Positions 1 through 13,931 of a stretch of 64,000 nucleotides of DNA are shown one piece after another. Position 1 is the first letter of the stretch. Each line of letters starts with the position of its first letter. The position numbers and the translations under genes were made by a program. The notes under the pieces are model-generated. The model did not search any database and was not told the origin of the DNA. It worked only from the letters and a program-made list of their open reading frames with translations. The stretch lies in assembly GCA_053919585.1 (NCBI GenBank), contig CM132800.1. One strand, 5' to 3'. Source of the stretch: Euprymna scolopes. Its lineage: Eukaryota.

Positions 1-404
1 ATACACTTACAAAGGTAAAGATATCATAAAATTGATTTTAATTTGAACGCCAGGTTCTTTTATCGAAGAATTGGCATTTACAGATTTTCATGCGTGACGT
101 AAGCATTTACAACTACAAACAGGAAAATTTGAATCCTGTTCCGATTTTTAATATATTTTTTATATATACACTTACAAAGGGCGCTTGCTTTTCTGTGGAA
201 ATATTCTTTATTCACCTATATTTCCTTTTTATATATACCAATCCTTATTTAAGAAGCTCAGAGTAATTACAGAGCATATAATGAATGATTAACAAAATTC
301 TACATTCCAAATTTCATGATGTTGATCATCTTACAATTTATTCCTTTAATTCAGTTGACACTTACAATTCTTGACAGTATCTGTTTCGTAGCACAAAATA
401 AATC

Positions 405-693
405 ACTTCATTATTACATCAATCAGTGAATCTATTTTGCCCTTAACTCATCAGAAGAAATAGACGCAATCAATCCACCAAAAGGAAATAAAATGCGTTT
501 GGACATGATTAAAAAATTCGAAAATTTGAAGAGAAGCTGCAAATACCTTATATTTTTCTTTCATTATGCCATTTAAAAATTTTTTTAAATCATGTCCAAA
601 CACATTTTATTTCCTTTTGATGGATTGATTGTTGCTATTTCTCCTGATGAGTTAAGGCCAAAATAGATTTACAGATTGATATAATAATTAAAT
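405..693. repeat. Imperfect inverted repeat (~110-bp arms), possibly an old inverted PLE pLTR
   Basis: ~411-518 is the reverse complement of ~577-688. The right arm contains CTGATGAgttaaggcCAAA (degenerate HHR-like core) and is followed by TA-rich microsatellite. Confidence 0.6.
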
Positions 694-1519
694 ATACATA
701 TATATACATATATATAGCTACATATATATACATATATACACATATATATAGCTTAGGCACCGCCAAAACTGGGGGGGGGGCAGGTAAGTACTTTTTGACG
801 GACCGTCTTTTTAAAAATCTACCAAAAATGAGGTAATTATCCGATCAATACGAAATTTTCAGCGATTATTAAGAGAAGAATGAACTTTATAACAGTGTAC
901 TTATTTTTCATAAACGATATTTATATATATATTTTATTTTACTTACAAAACCCCCCTTGTTTTGAGGTGGTACAAATATGCTTAAAATAATCATTTGAAA
1001 CTGAACACAACATATTGTGTTGTTGTAAGGGACAGAAATATAGATTAAAAAAAAAATTGTTTGCATACCTTATTTTGACGTCTGAATATCAGAACTTCGA
1101 TTGTGTTTAATTATCCCGCTTTTGAGTTTTGAAGTGTGAAATTCGGTGAATATGTTAAGTGAAATAATTAATTTAAGTTAAGCAAAACAAAAAAAAGATT
1201 TCTTAAATATTTATACGAAAAAAGCCATTTTAAAATCTTTGATAAATAAATTAACAATTTTTTTAGCGAGCCGAATAATGCATGACCATTATTAAACAGG
1301 GCATGCTTTGAAGAATCGATACAAAAAAAAATTCGATAAATATTGTGCCCTTTGTGTTAAAAATAGCATCATTTTTTCGATCCCCTTTGAAAACGTTTGC
1401 CGCCTTTCGACTACGGTGGACCAAACGCGCTGAAATAATTTTTTTTTGTTCGGCTTTAAATTGCTCCTCCCCCATTTTGGGGAGCCTTGCTCCCACACAC
1501 ATACACATTAAAAACCAAA

Positions 1520-1565
1520 CTCATACAAATGGTCACCCATCTGGTACTAGCCAGCCTCAGCGTTA
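1520..1565 (-). repeat. 5S rRNA-derived fragment
   Basis: caaatggtcacccatctggtactagccagcctcagcgtt resembles the 5S-derived head at 29575-29615. Confidence 0.5.
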
Positions 1566-3389
1566 ATAATACATTGAAATTTTCGTTACTGAAAAATAAG
1601 TTTTTTTGCCTGTTTGGTCTTCCATAGTTTGCTTTTTATCGAATACAAACGTAAACAGTGTCGATCTAGACTCTAGATCGACGCGAAGTAACTGGTTGCC
1701 TATATGAATAAGTGGAATTATTTGAAATTCAGGTACTTATATTATAATATTTTTGCATGTTCTCATAGAAAATCATCCTAAATCTTAGTTAGACAACAAA
1801 TAAATAAATGAATTATTTCAAAAACCTTTTTAAAAAAATATTTATGTACGTTTTTTGTGCAAGACAAAAAATGTCAATTGTTAACTTTTTGGGAAAATTT
1901 AACAGTCAAAATTTAATTAAAAATAGTAGAAAAAGTTTTACATTATTCTGTTTTCTATATGATAAAATTCAGGGTTTTATCTTTCTGGAAAAAAAAGTTA
2001 CTCAGAAATAATGGATTTTAATAAATGTAATTTCGTTTTAAAAACAACTNNNNNNNNNNNNNNNNNNNNNNNNNNNNNNNNNNNNNNNNNNNNNNNNNNN
2101 NNNNNNNNNNNNNNNNNNNNNNNNNNNNNNNNNNNNNNNNNNNNNNNNNNNNNNNNNNNNNNNNNNNNNNNNNNNNNNNNNNNNNNNNNNNNNNNNNNNN
2201 NNNNTATTAGTATAGGCATGGAAGATAGCTATAATCACAATTACTCAGCGGTTTCTGTCAGATCACTAAAGTTAAGCTACTATATATATTTATGTAGTAA
2301 CGTAGCTAATTGTGTAAAAAAATTCCCATTTCTGTTAGGAGTGTCTTCGAGTAACTTTGCAAAACTTGTAGGAGCGGCCGAACATTTACGGCGCTGGCTC
2401 GCGTATGTAAATTAGTGACTACGTTCAAATTATCGTTAGAAACTATCAACATTTAGCTTCAGTATTTGCAAATCATTTCGTTGCATCGGCGAATTAAAAA
2501 AACTTCTGCATCAATTAATTTTTCTTATGCTAAGGTTTTTTAGAATCAGCGTGGTAAAATGTTTTTTTTTTTAAATTTTTGTTTAGCTCAAAGAAAGGAT
2601 ATTGCCAATGACGTGTAAAGGGGCTGCTATGGTAGTGCCCAGATTTATAGGGGACAATCTGGATGAGAAGTTGGATAGCAAGGTGTCAAAATTAACGTCA
2701 CAGGATAAATTTGTATTATGCTAAACATTAAAAATGTGATGACTAGTTTCATATGAAATATGATAGATGATAGGTTGTTGGGTCTTGATGATAATTTCGT
2801 GTATCTTTAATTTTTAAAGACTAAGTTTCGCGATGATATCACGGAATGTAAAATTATTAACATCTTTCCTGGCGTAGTGTGAAAACGTTCTCCCGGGGCC
2901 TAACTGATTTCATGCGCCCGTTTCACAGTTACCCTTTGAAATTCTCCTTTTTTATTCACTTTTTTGTTCATTTGTATCTCCACCTTGTGATCATTTGACG
3001 AAGTATCGAGAATGTTCGTGATAAATGAGAGAGACGTGAATTTAAAATGGAAAGTAAGACACACGGTTAAAATATAATTGTGTTTCTTTTTGTTGTTTTC
3101 ACATGTGAAGTATCCGTTTTTTTAATTTAAACTAGTGTCTCGTAATAAGGATAGAAATACGGATCGTGTTATCATTTTGTTTTTATAGTCATTTCAATCA
3201 TAAATTAGTGTGTAGGCTGTTTTAAATTGTGGGGTGTTTTATTCTGGTATCCAAAGGGAGTTACCAAGATAATCCAAAAAACAAAGAAACTTAAAGTATA
3301 TTATACATATTAAAGACTTAATTCGCTATTTCTCTCTCACAATTACTACTAGCTTCTATGTACTTCTATCTATTTGAACTGGGCTTATG

Positions 3390-3590
3390 TCAGTTGAATC
3401 TGCGGTATGCATGCTGCCTTTGAGCAATGGCAGCTGCACAAGTAGAAGTAAACCATTGGGGAGAGTGGGACTTGCTATAGAATTTCCGTGTGGGAACATG
3501 TACTTTAATTACTGTTTTGAACCATTCAGTGGTTTCATTTGCGCACTGTTTAGCTGGAAGAGAAAAGATATTTCCCCAGGGGGCAACTTT
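3390..3590 (-). mobile_element. CR1-group LINE ORF2 fragment (region between endonuclease and RT)
   Basis: Translation APWGNIFSL...EWFKTVIKVHVPTRKF..KSHSPQWFTSTCAAAIAQRQHAYRRF resembles the PWF-type linker of CR1-group LINEs. Confidence 0.6.
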
Positions 3591-3689
3591 AATAGTATTT
3601 TCAAGTTTAATTACAGATTTACGATTTTTTATTAAATTGGTAGGTGTTACAGAATAAATACACAGCACCCTCCCATCCCATGTTTTATC

Positions 3690-4562
3690 TGTTTTTTTTG
3701 GGGGGGGGGATGGATAGTTCTTTTGCCGGAGTGTAAGTAATTAGTAACAGGAAAATTGGTGAAAAAAAAACTTTACTTTTTTTTTGGGGGGGGGGCTGAA
3801 TTTAATAAACAAACAAAATGAAAGCAAAGCAAAACAAACCAAAACAATAATTTGGTGCTTATGCACTTATGTTACCGTTATTTTTTTTAAATGGTTTAAG
3901 TGCCTACCATAATGTTTGAAGAGTTTCTAATTGTTTTTAAATATTTGGAACTTGTGCCCATACCCCCACCCGGCACCAAAATTGAAAAATGCTGATAGTT
4001 ACAAGTCCGCGGCAACTGAAATTTCGACTCTATCCAGCCAGGTTACCCGGTCAAATACATATTACGGACACTAAGTAGAACCCCCCCACTCAATAAATAC
4101 AGTAGCCGATAGGGATTTCACATGTACTTTCACCTAACAATTTAATAATAACAGGTATCGTAAAATTTTAATTAAACTTGAAAGTACTATTTAAAAATAG
4201 CGCGGATCAATAAGTGCACTAGCACCAAATAACATTTCATTGTGTTTCGATCTACGACATTCCATGAGAGGTAAAGCCTTTTGTTTATTTTTGTTTATCT
4301 CCACAAGTGTTAAAAAACAATTCAAACATTGGCAGAGGCACTTAAATCATTAAAAAAATAACGGTAACATAAGTGCATATGCACCAGATTTTTGTTTTGT
4401 TTTGTTTTGCTTTCATTTTGTTTGTTTGTTAAATCCGGCAAAAAAAGTAAAGTTAAAAAAATACCGCAGGTATCGTAAAACTTTAATATAAACTTGAAAA
4501 TATTTTCCTGTTAATAATTACATAAACTCAGGCAAAAAAAATCCCCCCCCCCAAAAGAAAAC
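3690..4562. mobile_element. Foldback/MITE-like element with ~240-bp imperfect inverted arms
   Basis: ~3690-3930 is the reverse complement of ~4310-4562 (e.g. tggtgcttatgcacttatgttaccgttattttt / aaaaataacggtaacataagtgcatatgcacca). Confidence 0.65.
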
Positions 4563-4563
4563 A

Positions 4564-4617
<54 letters not shown>

Positions 4618-4629
4618 GCGCGAATTAAA

Positions 4630-4716
4630 TTTCATAACCTATTATACTTTCATCAATCACAGTCCAGTTTCTGTAGGCTGTTTTTGAACCCAGTCAACGA
4701 CGGGTACTTCTGCTAG
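4630..4716 (+). mobile_element. Non-autonomous Helitron-like 3' end
   Basis: Ends cccagtcaacgacggg (hairpin) tacttctgCTAG|T. Similar to 5835-5898. Confidence 0.6.
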
Positions 4717-5174
4717 TAATATATAAACATACTGCCTTTTTTCCTCGCTCACCGCTCTCTGTCTCTTTCTCTCTCTCTCTCTCTCTCTATTTCTCTCTAG
4801 CAAGCAGTGAGTGACGCTGTTATAGAAATAAAGAGTTGTAGTAGTAGTAGTGGTAGTAGTATAAGCTTTAGCAGACAGTTAAATGTTATGTTATGTTAGT
4901 ATAAATAGTCGCTCGGAAAACTCTCAAAAACCGATTTTGTAAAAAAGATTTTTTTTTTAAATCGATATTATATCAAATTATATAAAATAATATCTGAGAT
5001 GAAACTGAAGAACACGGAGATTATATTTATTATTACTATTCGAAAAGAATTCGTTAAATATTTGGCGAGGAAATTAAAATTTTGTTTTTTCAAGCAGAAC
5101 CTACGGCGTCATTACGCAATTGTAGTCTGCAAGTAACATTTTGTTATCGAGCAGTTATTTGCTCGACTAATATA

Positions 5175-5898
5175 TCTATAATATAAAGCTGAGCGTTTGT
5201 GTGTGTGTCTGGTCACGAATAGGCTCCTATATGGTTGACTATTATAGAAAACTGATCACATATAATGATAGAAGATGTATCGAGACAGAGTAATGGTTAT
5301 GTTTTATCTGGCATAATGATGATTCATTAAAATTGTGTGGTCTGCGTACGCGCCTGGTTCACTAAGTATGGAAATAAAAAATGAAAAAAAAAGTTTACAA
5401 GTGTTTTTGATATAGGTGTACATAATAATACTTTGATAAGTATGTTTTAACTTTAAATAGGGATGGTATAATAAAATTGTGGGGTCTGCGTTCGCGCCTG
5501 GCCTTCATAGAATGGAAATAGACACAAACTTTAATAAAGACTTTTCATATCTATCTACGTAAGTGTACTTTGATAATTATGTTTCAGTTTGAAGAAATAT
5601 GGTATAATAAATTATGGGGTGTTCGTTCGCGCCTGACCTCCATAGAATGGAAATATGTAACAAAGTTTAACAGGTTTTTTTAATATAGATCCACAGAATA
5701 TTTTGAAAAGTGTTTCAGTGTGAACAGGTATGGTATAATAAATTATGGGGTTTATCTATTTTATTTTTACTTTCGTCATATTTTGCTTTGGTTTTGATAC
5801 CCTCAAATTCAATCCAAATTTACAACCCTCCCTTTTCATAACCTATAATACTTTCATAAATCAGAGTCCATTATGCGTAGCCTGTTTTTGAACCCAGT
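5175..5898 (+). mobile_element. Non-autonomous Helitron-like element with internal ~135-bp tandem repeats
   Basis: Starts A|TCtataatataaagctgagcgtttgtgtg. Has about four copies of ggtataataaaattRtgggg... Its 3' part matches 4630-4693 and runs into a gap. Confidence 0.6.
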
Positions 5899-6769
5899 NN
5901 NNNNNNNNNNNNNNNNNNNNNNNNNNNNNNNNNNNNNNNNNNNNNNNNNNNNNNNNNNNNNNNNNNNNNNNNNNNNNNNNNNNNNNNNNNNNNNNNNNNN
6001 NNNNNNNNNNNNNNNNNNNNNNNNNNNNNNNNNNNNNNNNNNNNNACAGCAGCAATAGCCAACGTGTGTAAATGATTTGGCTGTGTGTAAGGAAGAAAGA
6101 AAAAAATTATTTAAAAAAAAAAGGCAAATATAAATATAGTTACACGCGTAGGCTGAGTGCGTCAGAGAAAGACGTATTTTGAGCAAGGTTGGAAAAAAGA
6201 CAGTACAGCGTGTTCGACACTGGAGAGTCTTGTTAAGCACATTGGAGTACGGAGAATACTTTTGAACCAGAAACAATGCGTTATTCTGAAACATGTCTAT
6301 AAATAAAATGTCACTTGTTTCACTAAACACTTGTCTTTGTATCATTGCGACATGTTTACACGTCTGTAAAGCTTCCTCAAATATCTACGACAAAGGATAA
6401 ACAATTTTTTATAACATACTAATATATACTTCTGTAAATACACACAGTTGCCAGTATACCACCGCGTTTACTTTATTATCATCGGCTCTTCATAGTCACA
6501 ACACTAACAACGAGGAATCTGGACTTAGTCGCACTGAAAATTACCAGTAACTTAAAATTATCTAAGCATCCACTCGAACTTAGGGTTTGTGATAATTGCC
6601 CTAAAACGGAAGAACTGCCCGAAAAGGATGATTTTACGCTTAACATATATCCGAAACTATTACTACCCTGTGTGTGTTCTATCATTATTTTCATTGCAAC
6701 TGCTTGTCTGAGCTCCATTCTATGGGCTCCGTTTGTCATAATTTCATAAAAGATCCTCGTTTACCTACA

Positions 6770-7100
6770 ACCACTATCAACAATTTCCCCCTCCCTGCTG
6801 TCCATCTGTGCTTAAATCTAAATGTGGATCCCATGAATTAAACTTCTTTTCTAGAATCGCCCGCTTGTGGAACTCTGTTCAGCTGGCTTGCTTTCCAGCT
6901 GACTACAATATGGTTGTCTTCAAGTCAAACGTAAACAAGTTCTGGCGGAGCCGCCACCTTAAATAATCAAATCATACAACATTCCAACTACTAACGATTA
7001 CTACACTGTTGTAGTGTTGACTACCATACACCCATTAGCCCTTACCCTCGAGTAGCCTTGGGGCTTTGATAAGTGGTAACCACCCCCTATGTAAAACAAT
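6770..7100 (+). mobile_element. CR1-group LINE 3' end
   Basis: Degenerate SFFxRxARLWNS...FPADYNMVVFKSNVNKF followed by the tail cccttaccctcgagtagccttggggctttgataagtggtaacc. The tail is shared with 27030-27400, 43155-43215 and 50845-50995. Confidence 0.7.
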
Positions 7101-7230
7101 GTTAAAGTGATTGTGTCTTTCTCTACCTTGGGTTTGAAACCCTGACGAAAATATACTTTTTTTTGGCGTTTCAGCTAGGATCAAAATGTAGTGCCTTCTC
7201 TCCTTCGTCCGAGGACAGAAAATAATTCTT

Positions 7231-7277
<47 letters not shown>

Positions 7278-7574
7278 GATCGATAGGTGGAAAAACAGAA
7301 AGATAAAGAGATAGGTTTTATACCTTTTTTTTACTCTATTATCACCGTTTCCAAGGAACGCCGGATACCCTGCCAGTTATTACATAACTGAATTCTACGC
7401 CGTCATCAAGATATAAAAATCGTTTCATCTTGTTTCACTTTCAAACATACGAAACTGCCACCCTCCAACAACTGCTAAAGAATTCCAATATCTAACAAAA
7501 ATTTTTCCCATTTATTACACAGAACAAACACAAGCTTTTCAAACGAGTGCCCTTTGATTTCATATTCATATATA

Positions 7575-8005
7575 CTAGCAGGCCGTCCGGCGTTGCCTAG
7601 TCGCAACATACGCTAAAATATTATATTTTAAGTCATGCCGATTCAGTCGTTATTATTATACCAAAAATTCTCATTCAATAATTATTATATTGTACCTAAT
7701 ATATAACAGTTATTTCAAAAGTAAAAAAATATGAATTGGGTAGCATCTGTTAGAATCTAAACAAAAACATATAAGTATCCAGCCTTATTGGTTAGCGTAT
7801 GACCTAAATCTGTACGTACAGAAAGAAACTGCAAAAATATTCTTTTTTAACCTATTACTTTTTATAAGCGCACGCTCAGAAATAAACCGTTATAGTCGAC
7901 CTACGCTTCGCCAAGATATATGTTTTCTTTTTTTTTTTTTTTTGACACCTTAGCAATTATTTTTACCGACTAAAAAACAAATTGAATATGTTCCGCAGGT
8001 ACAAA
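7575..8005 (-). mobile_element. Non-autonomous Helitron-like element
   Basis: a|CTAGcaggccgtccggcgttgcc is a reverse-strand hairpin plus CTAG end. The body is related to copies at 10828, 44252 and 45782. Confidence 0.6.
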
Positions 8006-8026
8006 TCAAACAAATATTATTAAATG

Positions 8027-8092
<66 letters not shown>

Positions 8093-8225
8093 CAAGGAAA
8101 TTTTATTAAATGCAACGGAGACACTTTGATTTATGATTCTTTTTTTTTTAATTTTTCGATTTTCCGTATAATCTTTTTTGCATCAAAATCAAGAATATTA
8201 ATAAAAGGTCCATAATTGTTGCTGT

Positions 8226-8265
8226 CACGAGCGTTTTCGATTCGTCCACGAATCATCATCCGGTG
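8226..8265 (-). ncRNA. Degenerate type I hammerhead in a probable solo pLTR between two (TA)n tracts
   Basis: Minus strand: cac-CGGATGA-t-gattcgt-gg-acgaatc-GAAA-acgc-TC-gtg. It has a 7-bp stem II, a 3-bp stem I and a U4>G change in the core. Confidence 0.45.
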
Positions 8266-8333
8266 GTGAAGTAAAAGTAAAAGTATTGAAAAAGTAAAGG
8301 TGTTGAAAAAATGCTGCCTAAATATACCTGTTT

Positions 8334-8411
<78 letters not shown>

Positions 8412-8577
8412 AAAAAAATGAATGGTTGATTTATTAAATCTTTTTTTCTCAAAGAATATGCAAATTATTTAGCAGTTTTTAGTCTCTCGCATGTCCATGA
8501 CTAAGTATATTAAGAAGTTCGTTTTAATAGAAAAGTAGGGTGTAATGTAATCAATATAAGTGCGACGAAAAACACAA

Positions 8578-8615
<38 letters not shown>

Positions 8616-8631
8616 TTATAAAATATGTATA

Positions 8632-9947
8632 TAGTAAGTTATAAAATATATATGGCGATTAAGCTACATTGAATATTCTGCGTTTCATCCACTCTAGGAC
8701 TCTTCAGGAATTTTGTGGATGTTTGTCGTTTTTATACACGCATCTTCTATTGATATTTTAGTTAGCCAATCAGCTTTCTAGTATCCACCGCGCCCTTCCT
8801 TTCAGCCAATAAGCATGCACTTATCAGACAAAGGCCTTTTTGACCTCTGGTTGACCTGTTCCTTTGTGTGTGCTCTATATAGCCTGTATATCTAGTTTCT
8901 TTATCTGTTTTAAATCTAGGCTGGTGTTTTTTTATGTTAGTTTATATATAAATATATATATATATTTGTACATACATATATGCACATATGTATACATATA
9001 GATATATATACATATATGTGTGATCGTTTATGTATATTCATGTTTATTTAATTTATTTATTTGTTTATTTTCTATTGTTTTTGTTAGTTTTAAAACTATT
9101 TTGTATCGCTATCCTAGAGTAAATTTTATCTTGTGAACAAAGTTGTTTGCTATTTCTCTTCTAAAAAAAAGCGGACATTCGCCGGTAGTCGAATGGAAAA
9201 TAATAAAACAAGCTACCACGTGTAAGGACCTAGACGACCCATGTAGATTTTGTCGTTCATGAAAAATTTGCTATCCTGTACTTTAAAGAAACCCAACATC
9301 TATTAAACTGTAGAAGAGAAATAGCAAACAACTGTGTTCATAGGATAAAATTTACTCTAGGATAGCGATACAAAATAGTTTTAAAACTACAAAAAACAAT
9401 AGAAAATAAACAAATAAATAAATTAAATAAACATGAATATACATAAACGATCACACATATATGTATGTATATCTATATATATATATATGTGCATATATGT
9501 ATGTACGTATATATATATTTACATATAAACTAACATAAAAAACCCACTAACCTAGATTTAAAACAGATCAAGAAACTAGATACCCAGGCTAAATAAAGTA
9601 CACACAAAGCAACAGGTCAACCAGAGGTCAAATAGGCCTTTGTCTGATAAGTGCATGCTCATTGGCTGATAGGAAGAGCGCGGTGGATACTAGAAAGCTG
9701 ATTGGATAACTAAAACGTCAATAGAAGATGCGTATATAAAAACTACAAACAACCACAAAATTCGCGCATAAGCCTGAAGAGTCCCAGAGTGGATGAAATG
9801 CGGAATATTCAGTGTAGCTTAATCGCCATGTATATTTTATAAATTACTAACTAGCTCTACCTACGTATTGAGCACTTTTGAAGTAAATACTTAAAGTTTA
9901 CGCATAAATTTATACTTTCGTATATTAATTTTCTGTGAGTAAATTAA

Positions 9948-9948
<1 letters not shown>
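8632..9948 (+). mobile_element. 5'-truncated Nematis-like PLE with inverted pLTR, inserted in (TA)n (family C)
   Basis: 8632-9163 is the reverse complement of 9311-9850. 9182-9365 encodes a frameshifted GIY-YIG C-terminus (EWKIIKQA..C.FC / EKFAILYFKETQHLLNCRREIANNCVHRIKF*) homologous to the end of the 841-aa ORF. TA tracts lie on both sides. Confidence 0.85.
9769..9821 (+). ncRNA. Type I hammerhead ribozyme (family C pLTR)
   Basis: taagc-CTGAAGA-gtcc-cagagt-ggat-GAAA-tgcggaatattcagtg-TA-gctta. Stem I is taagc/gctta and predicted cleavage is after GTA at 9816. An antisense copy at 8660-8708 lacks the stem I 5' strand. Confidence 0.8.
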
Positions 9949-10013
<65 letters not shown>

Positions 10014-10439
10014 ATAAAATATATAAGGCAACGACCTATATTGCAAATTCCACCTATTCAACTTTGAAGTTAAAAAAAAAGCGATTCCATTTTTATGCAG
10101 TAGCAATGTTTTTCGTTTTTCATTTTCGCATGAATTAAATGAATACGTGAAACGAAATGTGTCTTACCTGGCTTTAAAATTCTTACCAGGAACTCATATA
10201 TTAAAGTATTATAATTTCAAAAACTATTTAGCACTTCTCTGTCAATCAATAATGAGTAGAAAAGTTTCTGTTTAAAATATTATATTTAAATAATTCGTAA
10301 TTGTATTCTGATTATCGCCCGTACTGAGTATTGAACCATCAACCTCAAGGTTGTCTATTAGGATCCGACGAGCAACTGACAAATTTACTAAATGATAATC
10401 AGTTCTAAGCTACAGTCTTCTATGACACTAAGAACGTAA

Positions 10440-10690
10440 GTACGAACTATTTAAGACTTCTTTCTACTCGCTCATTACTGGTGAAACTAAAAGAAGCTAC
10501 TCACATGGATTAAATAAACAGATCCGTTCGAAATTCCATACAGGTTCCTGAGTTTGACTTGATGCACCTGAACAAGGTTGAAGGGTAACATCAGTCGAAA
10601 CGTTGCGAGAATTAAATTCAAAATGATTCGGAATAAACTAAATCATTCAAATTATCAATTCCCATCTAAAAATGCCGAAACAAAAAAACA
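10440..10690 (+). mobile_element. Degraded PLE pLTR-like repeat with HHR remnant (family B)
   Basis: cacCTGAACAaggttgaagggtaacatcagtcGAAAcgTTgcg. The downstream ...atcaattcccatctaaaaa..gaaacaaa is shared with copies at 34180-34305 and 63110-63225. Confidence 0.55.
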
Positions 10691-10827
10691 AGGTAAGTCA
10701 GTTAAGTAACGATCAAGAATGAGTTTACAAGTGAGCACTGCTGTTGTAATTAGACTTTAAATAATCGCAAACATGTTGTATTCTTCTATTCCAAATCCAA
10801 TTTATAACACTCACTCACAGACAACAG

Positions 10828-11313
10828 TTTGTCTATCTATCTCCATTTTTTTAAAATAATCTCCCCGAGAAGCAAGACCGTAGAGCGGCGCAGGGTGGAT
10901 CAACCAATTGACTGCTATTTTCTTGTTTTTAGCCGGTAAAATAACTGCTTAGGGTCAAAATTTTAAAAACAAATGGAACTTGGCATCCGTACGTCGACCA
11001 AACATGTTATTTGTACGTACATGCAAGTACACATTTATACGTAAAAGTCGATTCATTTTTAACTGTTTTTATCTATGTGACGATAGCTCAAACAGTAACG
11101 ACTAAAGCTGAAGCGTTATATGTTTTGGTTTCGATTCTAGCTGGTTGCACCTTAATCATATAGTTTTACTTTTGAAATCATAATATATTGGGTACAATAT
11201 AATACATAATAATTGATAAAGAATATGCTCTATAATTATAAATATAAAATCTGCCTGAATTGAAATTTATTTAAGCATATGTAACGACCGAGCAACGCCG
11301 AGCATCCAGCTAT
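10828..11313 (+). mobile_element. Non-autonomous Helitron-like element with internal tRNA-like cassette
   Basis: 3' end gaccgagcaacgccgagcatccagCTA. Internal TAGCTCAAACAG ... GGTTTCGATTCtagctg at ~11085-11150. Confidence 0.6.
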
Positions 11314-12499
11314 TTTCTGTATAAAATAAAATTATAGTAAAATTTGCTCTCTTTCGTTCCTTCTCCGTAATACTTGAATTTTTTTTTAGTTAAAATTAAC
11401 TTTTTAAAATATCGCATAATTTTATTTCTGTGTTTGAGAGAATGAGAAACATAATCAGTAGCTCTGTTCACCGAACAGGACACCAATAGCAAGAGAGGCG
11501 ACTAGCTAAAATGTAACTCACTAAGAGAACGCGATTAGCGAAAATGCTGACAAAGGAATATTCAACTAAACTACTACGTAATAATAAAGTTAGGCGAAGT
11601 TTTGATTTGATCGGCAAAAAAAAAAAAAAAAAAAAAAAAAAATCAATTTAATTTGCGTCTCGGAATGTCAATTTCATTGCCAGATCAAAATTCAATCCTA
11701 CATTCGGAAAGACAGTTAAGAAAAAAAAATTCGCTTAATCCACAAAAAATCAAATATCGATTTCTTTTTTTTTTTTTTAATTCAATTAATCAATTTCTTT
11801 CTGGGGTGCATAATCCATCTAATTAATACCGTCACGGATTATGGAATCGTCTAAGACGTATAGAACTTATATAAAACTTTTGGTGACCATTCACGCATTA
11901 ATATCGTTAACCTAGTGGTCTGCCCTGGTACGCCGATCACTTTGAATGGATTGAGTCTGTTTCTTCCCAACGAGAAAGAGTATTGCGAATATGATGTAAA
12001 ATGTTTGAAAATATGAAGTGATATATGTGACAAAGGTCTAACACATTCTGTTGAACGCTCTTCTTTCTATCTACGCTAATGTTCCTACGCGAATTGATTA
12101 ATCTATTATTCAACGAAAACACTCTGCTTGGGATCTATTTCTGATGAAATACTTACAAGTTTGTCTCGCTTCTAAAAGTAGTTGGTCTTAAAATATCAAC
12201 CAAAGCGGACGTGAAGCGCGCCCGCTCAAAAAAAAAAAAAAAGTAAGAAACATTATTTCCTTAACCAGTTTTGCTTAATTTTTTAATATAATTTTCTTTA
12301 ATCAGTCATGAGAAAATTTCAAATATAATCCCCTTTAACATGCCACAATTAAGTTTAGTTATTTTAAAGTTAATATCCACAGAATAAAAAAATAGATATC
12401 GTATGTATCCTTTTTCTATCCGAGATTCTCATAATTATTTTTGTTCTTGAGAAGAAATCGACTCTAACACTTCTTGGCCTTTCTTTCATCAAATCTTTC

Positions 12500-13110
12500 T
12501 CAGTGTTCATTTATGAACCCATTGCTCCTTCTGCTTCTCGTAAAACATGTTCTCCCTATCGTTCTAAATACTTTCTGATACGTGAAGCTGTTCTCTGTCC
12601 TTACAAATCTACAGCCAGACACTGTATGGAGTACTGTTATCATATTTTGTCTTGTGAATCGCTGTCCCACCTGAGGGTTCTTAGTGTTCAGATACGTATC
12701 AGTAAATACATTGGCCTTACCTGTTTTTCTCTGCAACCCCAAAGTCAAGGACGCAATGTTGCTAGTCTTTTCGATAAATACTATTATGACATAAGTTCTT
12801 TAGAATAGTTTGATTCATTCTCTGCTTCCTTTATCTCAGCTCGTTTCACTCGGTGGTCTAGTAGTCTCTATCGATTCGCTATTTTGGAATCTCATTGTAA
12901 TACAACTTCCTTATTCAGTAGCTGCTTTCCAAGAACTGCAAACCTGTGGAACTCTTTCTATTGACTGTTTCCTCTCACTTATAGCACATTAGTCTTTTAA
13001 ATATTAATGCTATAATCACCTCTTGTTTTTGCGATAATCTTCTTTCAGTCTTGTTACCTCCTTCCACCAAATGGTTTCACACCTTGTCTGGAGCGATTTC
13101 CATAAAATGA
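12500..13110 (+). mobile_element. Degenerate CR1-group (Zenon-like) LINE 3' fragment
   Basis: YKSTARHCMEYCYHI corresponds to LYKxxIRPxMEYCxHIW, and SLQPQSQGRNVASLFDKYY follows. 3' tail ccttgtctggagcgatttccataaaa. Confidence 0.75.
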
Positions 13111-13605
13111 GAAAGTAGTATTAGTTATCACGCTTAAGTTTTAAATACCGTGATCTTTTAAACATCGTTTCTTTTTAACCTGTGACGGTTAAATTAGTAA
13201 TATTATATTCATTACTAAACACATGGATCGAAAAAAGCACATCAATCTTTAGATACGTCTTACAATCTCTTTGATTTTTGATCGTCTTATCATTCTGATA
13301 TTTTATAAAGAATTTTTATGACTAAACGCACTGATAATATTACGCATTTTTAATGATATCCGAACCTGTAATTCCGTTTTCAAAGAAGTATTGCTTTTAC
13401 TCAGGAAACTGATGCGTTCATCTTTCTCCCTTCCTCATTCCTTAGTTAATTACCATTTTTGACTTGGTGTTTTGCTTGAATGAGTTCGATTTTTACTGGC
13501 TCTGTTCGAGCGGAACTTATTACTTCGTTCTGCGGCTAATAATGACAATTGCAAAACACTGATTGCGAAAAGAAGCCAATATTTTGAATTTGAATAAAGA
13601 GCTGA

Positions 13606-13641
<36 letters not shown>

Positions 13642-13931
13642 CACACACACATATATATATATATATATATTTAAAGGAGATTAGAATAATAGTCTAAAGA
13701 GCTAAGTGTATTTTAATGTAATAGTGAAATTACTAGTTTAATTAAAATACAGGAAATGCTCGTTGTAATTTAGATATATAATAAGCTCGATAGTTAAATG
13801 TCCTAGAGCTAATTCAATATTAAGTAATGTGATTTATAATTTAAAAGTTTTAAAATTTTTAAAATTTAAAAATCAAAATTTAATTAAATTAAAAATCAGT
13901 TTCATAAGAAGGAACAACAACAAAGTCAGTT

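Noticed and set aside
1660-1682. Perfect hairpin gtcgatctaga-c-tctagatcgac
   Set aside because: Single occurrence with no context to assign a function.
9891-10138. ORFs with YIYIYI runs (also 23598, 24487, 37571, 45066, 51733, 54114, 58461)
   Set aside because: These are translations of (TA)n microsatellites.
12141-12175. Isolated CTGATGA motifs (also ~30693, ~60105)
   Set aside because: No downstream stem II/GAAA/NUH arrangement.
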